Source: Atractiella rhizophila (taxonomy: Eukaryota). From it: DNA of 64,000 nt. Below, piece by piece: positions 12,234-21,988 of the stretch. The DNA lies in the NCBI GenBank assembly GCA_021432655.1, contig MU271232.1, positions 38,361-102,360 of the forward strand. Direction: 5' to 3'. Position 1 is the stretch's first letter. Each line of letters opens with the position of its first letter. Position numbers and translations under genes: made by a program. Under the pieces are notes generated by a model. The model ran no database searches, had not been told where the DNA came from, and was given only the letters and a program-made list of their open reading frames with translations.

Positions 12234-13557
12234 TCAAACAGAAACCGTCTTTCCGCTTGCCCTCAGGCGCTCCTCAAACTTGGCAAACTCATCATTTGCA
12301 ACTGCCTCCTCAGGTCCCAGCACCTGCTCCACGGCCTTCACCTTCCAAAGCAACTCTCATCAGATTCCACTCGTGACTTGATGGAGGAAAGCAAAGGAAC
12401 GAACCTCCGGAACATAGTGCATCAGCATCCTCTCTATCCCGCTCTTGAGCGTTACCGTCGAACTATCACAGCCCCTACAGCTCCCCTTCAGTTTAACCTT
12501 GACACTTCCATTCGTCTCATCAAATCCCATATACTCGATATCACCACCGTCCTCCTGAATAGCCGGCCGAACTCTTGTCTCCAACAACTCCTTAATCATC
12601 GCCACCGTCTCACTATCATCCTCCAAAATCTTCGTATCCTCATTCCCACCCGCCGATCCCTCCTTGAAGAGGAGCTGACCCGAAACAAAATGGTCCATCA
12701 TGAAGCTGAACAATTCGGGCTTGATGAGGCTCCAACTCGCCTCCGGCGCTTTGTTCACGGTTATGAAGTCCGGTCCGTAGAAGACGGATTGGACGCCTTC
12801 GATGTTTAGAAGTCGGTCGGCGAGAGGGGATCGAATCGCGTCAGAGGGCGTCAGAAACTCGGCGGTTCCTCCGCCTGCGGCTGACATGACGGGGTGGCCT
12901 GGGATGAACTTGAGAGAGTCCACATTCGGTGTGTCCTCGGTTTGGATGAAGAGGGTGCGCGCTGATGATGGCGGGTCAGTTCGATTCGAATGAAAAGGCA
13001 TTTAAGAAAAGTCCACGCGCTCAGCTGCTGAAGTATGCTGCTTCGAATCGAACAGCTTGTTCGAGGAATCGAAGCTTTTTCCTCGAACCGCTCTCGCAAT
13101 CTCGTCACGTCTTTCGCGAGTAATTTGCTGAACAAGTGAGCGGAAGAAAGCATGATGCAACTGCCATTAGCTGCCTGAGTTGCTGTGTCGAACACAACTG
13201 AATGGCAGCCACCAAAGTTATTATTTCTGCCAGCTCTTCCAGGGTGATTGGCCATGAAAGAATCGATGAATTATGTATAAACCAGATAAAAAAAGTTTAT
13301 AAAGTTAAGGGAAGAGCGGCTGATTCAGCAACAGCACCAGCTTTTGTCTTCAAATAAAGAATGAAATATAAAAAGAAATATATATGAAGGAACTGACCTT
13401 GAAAACGTCTATAAGGAGAATGGAGCGAGCCTCTAGGAGAGCTAGAGACGAGGAATGATGAGTATGTTCGATTGAAAGGGCGAAGTGAGCGGTTGAGAAG
13501 GAGTTTGTGGGGAGTTGCTCGAAGTGCGGTGGGTAGCAGGCTCCGTAGCGAGTTCAT
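12234..13557 (-). CDS. NFU1: Mitochondrial Fe-S cluster scaffold/carrier Nfu1
   Basis: Arg/Ser-rich presequence exon, 436-nt intron (12962-13397), then LFIQTEDTPNVDSLKF...RVRPAIQEDGGDIEY...GSCRGC (CxxC)...LKSGIERMLMHYVPE|VKAVEQV. Confidence 0.95.
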
Positions 13558-13855
13558 AGGTAGAATAAAGACACGACGGTGCTGTCTACTGAGCTATGCC
13601 TGAGAAATGGAAGTTTGGACCTTGCCACATTTCGCAAGACCCGCATTGGGGGATCAGTTTGCCCCCTTGGGGCGAAGGGCTGCCACGGGGTGAAGAGGTT
13701 GTGATCACGTGCGTCACATTTTTTCTTTTGTTCAAGAACCACGGCTATGGCTCTTCCCGGTTAGGCTACTTCTTCAACAGCACCAGCAGCAAGAACATCC
13801 AGCCCTTCTGCCAGCAGTCACCTCAGCCAGTAGCCAGTTCCCTGCCAACCCCAAA

Positions 13856-15234
13856 ATGGACCGTTTAGACTCCGCATTGTCCTTTCTGCGCGATTCTTCC
13901 GTGCATTCCTATCCGCTCGCGACCAAGATTCACTACCTCGAATCGAAAGGTCTGTCAGCACAGGAAATAGACCAGGCGCTGAAGCTTGGAGGCATCATAA
14001 GCGCTGCCGCAGGTGGGAAATTGGAGGAGAGAAAGAAGGACTGGAAGGATTGGTTCGTTATGCTCGTCATTGGTGGAGCGGCGGGATGGTTGGCCACTTT
14101 GGCTGCGAGGGTGAGTGGTTTGCTTTTGCGGTTGAATTTCGAATGCTCTGGGTACGCATAGAGACGCGTATGCTTCCCTATGACGAGATTCGTTGCCTGT
14201 GCATTTAATATTCTGCGTGTGAGACGACATAGCTCTTGTGTTTAGAGAATGGAGTGCAGAGCAGCCCTTTCCTTGATCAAAACCTCACCGACGCATCAAA
14301 GTTGTCTAGTTTTTTTGGTCACACTAGGGATGGTGGGCAAGTTCGTAACATAGAATCTTTTACTCGCCCAATGCGGCGTTACTTCAGACTGTGGGATTCG
14401 GCTGGAGACCCAGAACGTGGTTATACTTGACGCGGGCAGCATTTTTACCACAACGGAACAGCTAAGAGCGAAGAATAAACATCAGCAGTCACTTCTGAGT
14501 ATTCTCCACTGGCTTGCTTGTTATATTTACTCTCGATTGTCTTACAGCCCGCTAATGCTACTGCCAGCTAGAAATATCTCCTTCCAGCTCTTCAACCGCC
14601 CTCCCAAAGTGAGTTAACCGAAGCGCAACTCGCACTCGAAGCAAAATACGAAGAGGCATCCTCCCTCCTCTCGACCTTACAAACAAATTCGGACTCGCTT
14701 CGTTCCTCCCTCCTCGAGCAGAAGGCCGCTGTTGACAGAGAGTTACAAGAAGTGAGGGAACTCGTTGATTCGCTGCGAGGATCGGAAGCAGAAAGGAGGG
14801 AGACGTTCAGGAGCGTGAGGAACGAGGTGGAGAGCATCCGAGAACTCGTGCCGCGGGTTTGTCTCCTCTCATTCCCTTCTCTCTACCGTCTCCGCCAACG
14901 TTGATGGATTCGTGTCATCAAACAGTTGATCGAGAAATCGAAGGAATCCCAGCTTGTCAGCCTCGGCGAGCTTCAAAACGAACTAAAATCACTCAAAAAC
15001 GTCCTCCTCTCCCGTCCGCCAACTACTCCAACCGGCTCACGCCTCACTTCCGGAGGCCTGAGTTCCAGCGGTCTCATTTCGCCGCGTCCAGGGATCCCGG
15101 CATGGCAGTTAGCAGCGAATAATAGTGCGACGGGCAGTGACAAGGGGAAGGAGAAGGAAAGGGAACCTCCTGTGGAGAATCCAAAACCAGCTGCAAACTC
15201 GGAACCTGTGTATCAGGAGGAACCTACTGGCTAA
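13856..15234 (+). CDS. PEX14: Peroxisomal membrane docking protein Pex14
   Basis: Pex14_N motif ALSFLRDSSV...KIHYLESKGLSAQEIDQAL, then WKDWFVM transmembrane segment, 461-nt intron (14111-14571), coiled coil, ELQNELKSLK and PGIPAWQL. Confidence 0.92.
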
Positions 15235-15518
15235 TACTTTCGTGACCGTACTATGGATGATGACTCTTTCAACATATCTTATTGCGTAGTGTCAATATGG
15301 ATGGATTACAAACAACATTTCGAATGACGAACGACAATAAGACTTATTGCGATTTGCGGATATAATGGTGCTGTTGGTTGAATGCAACAGAAAGAACAAA
15401 CGAAAGAATTGATCGTCGTGTCTCGAAGACTCGGATCAGCGTAGAAAGACTTGAATTTCATTAACCCATCAAGCCAGTCGAAAGAGAGCAGCAGCTGTCT
15501 CGTCTGTTTTGGCCAAGC

Positions 15519-16835
15519 CTAGTTGCAACAAAGCGTCAAGGAGTGATGCAATAGGGGAGGGAAACACCTACAGCGATAATACGTAGCACGATACTCAGCA
15601 GACTGCGTGACGTCTTCCGTACGTTGGCAGGTGCGGATTTGGAGCTGCTTCAGCTGACACACCATTTGACGATACCATCCAGGCCACCTGCGAGTTAATT
15701 CGAAGGCTTCCTCCCCGCTGAATAAAGCACGAAAGGTGACAGGTAAAATTTCAAGTTCTTCGTAGCCAGACCATCTGACGGTAAACGATGCCAGTTTCAA
15801 TTGGCCACTGGTCACAAGCTTGAGAAGACGCTTCTGTGCTTTGTACCAAAGAACCTCCTGTTTATTGACCAGACAACCGTGGAACTTAACGTGGAGTGGA
15901 CGCGTGAAGGATGTGCGCTCGAGAATTGGAAGAAATCTGTTCAGGCTGGGAAGGTGGAAGATCAATGTAGACAAATTCGAAAACCTTGAGAAAATGTCTT
16001 TGGGAGGGGCGTAGGGCATATGGTGAGGGACGGTTCCAAGCAGTGACAGACGCCGGACCGATTCAAGAACCCGAGGTGGTAATTTGCCGATTCCAGTGGA
16101 GTTGTCAATCGTTAGCGTCTCGATTGTGCTCTCTTTATCGTCGTAAAGTCCAAGGATCCATTCGAACTGGGCTGTTGAGAGGCGCGCCACTACCTTGTCG
16201 TTTTCGTCGAAAATGACGTGGACCCCATCGAATACAACCTCCTTCAGGTCGTAGGTAGGGGGAAGCGCAGTGGTCCATCCGTCCACGCACTTAGCAGTGA
16301 CAACGTCAAGGTGGACTCGCCTCAGTTCGAGGAATGAAAGCCGAGGGAGGTTACAGACGAGCTCTGAGAGAGACAAAAGATCGATTTGAGCATGATGTCT
16401 CACGCTATACCGATGCCCAAGTAAGGAGAGTCGAGTTAGATTGTTGAAAGCCATTGGTATCTCCTCTTCCTCACGAAATGAGACTTTATCCCAACGACAA
16501 ACATCGACCCCGATCACCAATTCCTCCATCGTCCCAAAGTAAAGCAGGAAGTCAAAAGCCCATGGCCATGGTTCCCTGGAGCCGGCATGGTAGTAAACCG
16601 TCTTGACGGAGTTGGAAATGAACTTGACGTGCTCGAAAAAGCCAGAGCGCACAATCTTACGGTACTGATCGATTTTCTTCTTGGATGAACGAAAGACGAA
16701 GCTCGAGAAAAGACTTCGCTGTGCTGGGTATCTCCATTGGTGGCAGACGAGCGAGCAGGAGTAGAGGTCTGGTCTGTTCTGAACAAATTTGATGATGTGG
16801 AAGACCAGCTCGGTGGGAAGATCGCTTGCAGACAT
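15519..16835 (-). CDS. F-box protein with LRR-like C-terminus, intronless, paralog 1
   Basis: N-terminal F-box-like SDLPTELVFHIIKFV...DLYSCSLVCHQWRYPAQRSLF. Start chosen by homology with paralog 2. Confidence 0.8.
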   Translation of the reverse strand: MSASDLPTELVFHIIKFVQNRPDLYSCSLVCHQWRYPAQRSLFSSFVFRSSKKKIDQYRKIVRSGFFEHVKFISNSVKTVYYHAGSREPWPWAFDFLLYFGTMEELVIGVDVCRWDKVSFREEEEIPMAFNNLTRLSLLGHRYSVRHHAQIDLLSLSELVCNLPRLSFLELRRVHLDVVTAKCVDGWTTALPPTYDLKEVVFDGVHVIFDENDKVVARLSTAQFEWILGLYDDKESTIETLTIDNSTGIGKLPPRVLESVRRLSLLGTVPHHMPYAPPKDIFSRFSNLSTLIFHLPSLNRFLPILERTSFTRPLHVKFHGCLVNKQEVLWYKAQKRLLKLVTSGQLKLASFTVRWSGYEELEILPVTFRALFSGEEAFELTRRWPGWYRQMVCQLKQLQIRTCQRTEDVTQSAEYRATYYRCRCFPPLLHHSLTLCCN

Positions 16836-17550
16836 GATGGACTGGCAAGTGCTATCAGGATGCGTGCCGTCTACAAAGGAAAGACTTGCGATTAGGGAAC
16901 TACAGTTGAGGCCAGCAAATAGTGATGCAACCGTGTATAACACTGCTGAATTCAGGGTATATGAGCATTGTAAGACCATTTATGATAGAAATCACACGAA
17001 GGAGATTCTGATTTACCTTGATATATAAGAGGACGGTTAAGGAGAGAAGACGACCTGAGAGTTTCACTTTTACTGCACTTTGGTCATGTGAGTCATGTTG
17101 GCGCGATTCTTCGGTTCACAACTCGACCATGTAGATTGGCAACGAGTGGAATCGGACGTCAGCTTGGAACTTCAAGAAGAGAAGACAGAGGTGGTGGATG
17201 TCTTAGAATTGGCCTCAATCCGAAAGCTGACTGTGAACAGTTGGGTGCATCCGATTGATCAGTTTGACATGCAGGGTGAAGAGAAGATATCCTGGTGGCC
17301 TGGGTGGGCCACGAGAAGCGCTTCCCGTCTTTGCACTAATTGAAGAGAACAGAGTCGCGCATTTCTGTCGACCCCTCCACACAAGATCTACGCACCCCCT
17401 GCAATCAGCGGGAAGAAGATGGTTTCAATCTCCCAGAAACGCTGTGGTGGGAAAGGGGCAATATCTCCTGCGGGAATAACAACTCAGGAAATATAAAAGG
17501 GCACAGATGGCTTTCTTTCTGTCAACGCATTTGTATTACTTTGTCAGCCG

Positions 17551-18306
17551 GTGCGCTTTTCCTATCTCTCCTAACCCCTTTCTGCTCTTCCTTCTCTTCC
17601 TCCCCATTCATTCACTTTCACGACTATGTTGACAATGTTTCTGGATATAGCTGTTTGTTCTGTTTTTACCTCGTTATCTTCGAACTCCTCAAGTTTTTCG
17701 TCAACATCAGCAACTAGCACAGGGCGGGACACCGCCGGATGTAAGTCTATTGAGTTCCTTTTACTCTTCCTTCCCATTCCTCACTATCCCAACCATTTTG
17801 ATAATTCTTTTCTAGGTATAGTTGTTCTGTTGTTTTCACCTCATTTGCTCCTCAAGCTTTGTGTCAACTTCAGCTATTCGCACAAAGAGCCCACGTCGCC
17901 ATAAGTGAGTCTATCATATTCTATTACTCTTTCTTCTCCCACTCGTTCCCTTTCGCGACCGCGTTGACTTTCTGGGCATAGTTCTTCCCCCTGTTTTCGC
18001 CTGGCTATCTTCTAACTCCTCAAGCATTTCGTCAACGTCAGCAATTTGTGCGCGGAGCCCACACACCGCTATAAGTGAGTCTATCATGCTCCATTGCTCT
18101 TCCTTCCCAATCCTTTGCCTTCGGAACTATGTTGACTTTCTGGCTATAGTCGTTCCGTTCTGTTTCACCTTGTTATCGTCGAGCGCCTAAGCTTTCGTCA
18201 ACTTGTCAGCTTCAGCAACTCGCATTGAAGGGCCAACGCGGGGTCTTAAGTGAGTCTATCATGTCCATGTTACTTTCTCCCGCTCACCTTCCTTGCTCTG
18301 TGAAAG
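17551..18306 (+). repeat. Degenerate tandem array of ~164-175 bp units, each an exon-like plus intron-like module
   Basis: GT(A/G)AGTCTAT recurs at 17741, 17905, 18075 and 18250. TTGA(C/T)...TTCT(G/A)G..ATAG ends at 17650, 17821, 17981 and 18149. A CTCAAG...GTCAAC.TCAGC-type core is shared. Confidence 0.85.
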
Positions 18307-18345
18307 CATCTTGTTCCTTTCTGCCTCTCCCCACCATCCGAAACA

Positions 18346-18744
18346 ATGCTTCCTCAATCCTCAATCGACGTAGACGCTTGTACCGCAGACTTCCATAGAG
18401 GGAGGGACGCGAAGGATAAGAAAGTGGAAGAGAAGCGGAAGAGAAGTGAAGGTCGGCCCAATGGAACTGGAAACAAGCGATTCAGTACACGTCAGATCGG
18501 CTTGATGGAGAAGGATCGTGAGAAGATGGAGGAGCAAGAATTTGGCGGGAAGGTCAGCTCGTCCGAGGCGGAGAGTAGTGACGACGGCGAAAACGCGACC
18601 GGGAGCGTTGAAAGCGAGTCTCCTCCCCAGGAGTACGAATGCGAGAGGAGAAGTGATGGCGTGCCTTGCGGTGACAACTCGGAAGTTTGGGAGGGGACTG
18701 TTTGCGTTGCGGAATGTGAGAAGGACAAAGAATCAAACGAGTAG
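18346..18744 (+). CDS. Orphan 132-aa charged/acidic low-complexity protein
   Basis: AAACAATG start context, open 132 codons and AATAAA at 18782-18787. No family recognised. Confidence 0.4.
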   Translation: MLPQSSIDVDACTADFHRGRDAKDKKVEEKRKRSEGRPNGTGNKRFSTRQIGLMEKDREKMEEQEFGGKVSSSEAESSDDGENATGSVESESPPQEYECERRSDGVPCGDNSEVWEGTVCVAECEKDKESNE

Positions 18745-19071
18745 GGTTACTTCCTTGGATTAGGAATGGTGAATATTGGTCAATAAAATATTCGTTTACA
18801 GTCTTTGCCTTGAGATCTTCCTCAACACTGCATGTATTTGAGATGAGTCGATGAGTACTAAGTAACTCGTCACCTTGGAGCCACCGTCATACAAGATTTC
18901 TAAAGAACAGCATATGTATTGATATAACAGGAAACTTATTTGCGTAATAATACTTATACGTTCAACCTCCTGAAATATTGACAGGGACTGAGCGAAGGGG
19001 AGAGCGAACATTCAATTAACCTTGCGCCAGTCGAAAGAGAGCGGCGGCTGTTTCGTCTGTTTTGGCCATGC

Positions 19072-20385
19072 CTAATGGACAGTGTCAAGGAATGATGGAA
19101 TGGGAGATGGAAAACACTCACAACGATGATATGTAGCACGATATTCAGCAGATCGGGTAACATCTTCCGTCCATTGATAGGTTAGAATCCCCAGCTCCTT
19201 CAGCCACGACACCATTTGACGAAACCATCGCGGCCACATGTGACGTAATTCGAAGGCTTCCTCCCCACTGAACAAAGCACGAAAGGTGACAGGTAAAATT
19301 TCACGTTCCTCGTAACCCGACCATCTGAGGGTAAACGATGCCAGCTTCAATCGGCCACTGGTCACAAGCTTGTGAAGGCGTTTCTGCGCTTTGTACCAAA
19401 GAACCTCCTCCTTGTAGATCAGACAACCATAGAACTCCATGTGGAGTGGACGCTTGAGGGTTGTGTGCTCGAGAATTGGAAGGTATCTGTGGACGCTGGG
19501 AAGGTGGAAGACCAATGTAGACAAATCCGACATCCTCGAGAAAATGTTTATGGGAGGGGCGTAGGGCAAACGGTGACGAACCGTCCCGAGCAGCGACAAC
19601 ATTTGGACCGATGCAAGGACTCGCGGTGGTAATTTGCCGATTCCAGTGGAGTTATCAATCGTTAGCGTCTTGATTGTGCTCTCTTTATCATCGCAAACTC
19701 CAAGGATCCACTCGAACTGTGCTGTTGAGAAGCGCCGCACTACCTTGTCGTTTCCGTCTAAAATGACGTCGACCCCATCGAATACAACCTCCTTCAGGTC
19801 GTAGGTAGGGGGAAGCGCAGTGGTCCATCCGTTCACGCACTTAGTAGTGACAACGTCAAGAGAGACTCGCCTCAGTTCGAGAAATGAAAGCCGAGGGAGG
19901 TTACAGACGAGGTCTGAGAGAGACAAAAGATCGATTTGAGCATGGTGTCTCACGCTATACCGATGCCCAAGTAAGGAGAGTCGAGTTAGATTGTTGAAAG
20001 CCATTGGTATCTCCTCTTCCTCACGAAATGAGACTTTATCCCAACGACAAACATCGACCCCAATCACCAATTCCTCCATCGTCCCAAAATAAAGCAGGAA
20101 GTCAAAAGCCCATGGCCATGGTTCGTCGGCGGTGGCATGGTAGTAAACCGTCTTGACGGAGTTGGAAATGAACTTGACGAACTCGAAAAATCCCGAGCGC
20201 ACAATCTTACGGTACTGGTCGATTTTCTTCTTGGACGAACGAAAGACGAAGCTCGAGAAAAGTCTTCGCTGCGCTGGGTGTCTCCACTGCCGGCAGACGA
20301 GCGAGCAGGAGTAAAGGTCTGGTCTGTACTGAACAAATTTGATGATGTGGAAGACCAGCTCGGTGGGAAGATCGCTTGCAGACAT
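19072..20385 (-). CDS. F-box protein with LRR-like C-terminus, intronless, paralog 2
   Basis: 437-aa ORF, clearly homologous end to end to 15519-16835. Confidence 0.8.
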   Translation of the reverse strand: MSASDLPTELVFHIIKFVQYRPDLYSCSLVCRQWRHPAQRRLFSSFVFRSSKKKIDQYRKIVRSGFFEFVKFISNSVKTVYYHATADEPWPWAFDFLLYFGTMEELVIGVDVCRWDKVSFREEEEIPMAFNNLTRLSLLGHRYSVRHHAQIDLLSLSDLVCNLPRLSFLELRRVSLDVVTTKCVNGWTTALPPTYDLKEVVFDGVDVILDGNDKVVRRFSTAQFEWILGVCDDKESTIKTLTIDNSTGIGKLPPRVLASVQMLSLLGTVRHRLPYAPPINIFSRMSDLSTLVFHLPSVHRYLPILEHTTLKRPLHMEFYGCLIYKEEVLWYKAQKRLHKLVTSGRLKLASFTLRWSGYEEREILPVTFRALFSGEEAFELRHMWPRWFRQMVSWLKELGILTYQWTEDVTRSAEYRATYHRCECFPSPIPSFLDTVH

Positions 20386-21988
20386 GATTGACTGGCAGGT
20401 GCCATCAGGATGCGTGCCTGTCTAGAAAAATCGAAGGCTTACTATTTCGGGAAGTAGAGTTGACAGCGAGTAGTGTAGTCGTATACAACAACACTGTAAA
20501 ACCATCAAATTGAGCATCTCATTAAATTTAAGATAGAGGATTACACAATTTAACCTGGTAAGAGGATAGAACGAGGCGGTGCCAAGCGTGAACTGCGATT
20601 TATCCTGCAATCCTTTTCAGAACATCACTCGCCTCCAGTAGGGGACAAGACGGACTGTTGAAACTGAATAGCACGACGCGAGGTGCCTAGCAATACGCAT
20701 CAGAACATGTCAGGGTTTCAGTCTCGGCGAGGAAATGAAGAAGCGACGCCTTGAGTGGTAAAGAAATTCATTTCCGTTCCGCTCGAATTAGATGCAAATT
20801 TATTCAGTCATCTTTGGTTCTCAAGCAAGATAGGAAAGAGCAGTGCTGCAGCACCAATTTGCATGTCCGTAGAAGACGATATGTGTGTGTCGATAAATAA
20901 AGATAACTCACAAAGCTGGCGGAAACTGGTGAGCGATGAAGGGGCTGCGGCGACGTGTTACACGTGAACCTCAGCCGAGAGGAGACAAGCAGAGGTAGAA
21001 CTCTTAAAGTTGGTGGACTTGTAAGTTTAGACGGGATACGTCGGGCAGTGGTTGTGAACCCTAGCCATCGCCCTGATTACTACACATTCTCTGGTGGAAA
21101 GCGAAGGAAAGTGAAATACAGATATTTGAGACAGGTTGGTGGTCGCACTAGAATAGATATTAAGCGACAAATTGCTGGATTGGTCTCTTCAGCCCGGAAC
21201 AAATGCAGGAGCATCAAGTAATAGCTTACACTGTCTGATGCAAGGACGTACTGTTGGTGTATTGTATGTGGTCGAAACACAGCGCGAGTGCGTTGAAAGT
21301 TGTGGATCGAAGTCTTGGTGAAGCTCGGAACAAGTGCTAAGACACCCATGGTCGATTACTATCCCTCATCCCTATTACAATAAAAGAAGAGACACACCTA
21401 AGCGCTGAAGGGATGTGGTTTAAGACAAGTTATAGGAATATATTTCCTCCAAGCTTGAGTAACAAGAAAGTGTACAAGACAGTGTCGTGCGAGTTTGCTG
21501 AGACGTTAAATAATGACAAGTCAAGAAGATAAATACTGCTGCAAAGCGCTGCGAAAAACGCGTGAAAGGGCAGTTGGAGTTGGTGAGAGGCTGACAATTA
21601 AGGATTCAATGTAGTTGGTTGTTTCGATTGTGAAACTGAATCCAGACGATGAGTCACGATCAATATTGCTCACTTGTCTGCCCTCAAGTTCGCTATTCTG
21701 TACTTTTACCATTATTTATGATATTGGCTATGAAGATAGCATTGGGTATACAGTTGATGCCATCAAGAGCGGTCAATACTGCATGATGGTTGTTTCAAGG
21801 TATCTCTCATTGGGATTACAAACAACTCTTTTCTTGAATTGTGACAAGGAATGAAGGCGAAAAATACACAGGCAGATAATAAGTGCATCTTGAAAACAAA
21901 TCTCACTGTGCGTTCAATTCAAGCCAGAAAGATCAAAGAGAACAATCCATGATTGTATCTCAAGGATCAACATAAAGACTAAACGTTC

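Noticed and set aside
17551..18306. CRISPR-like interpretation of the ~170-bp array
   Set aside because: Eukaryotic context, whole units are homologous (no unique spacers), and no cas genes.
20420..21980. Short ORFs and a hairpin (~21043-21073) in the 1.5-kb intergenic gap
   Set aside because: No recognisable motifs, splice model, terminal repeats or RNA family.
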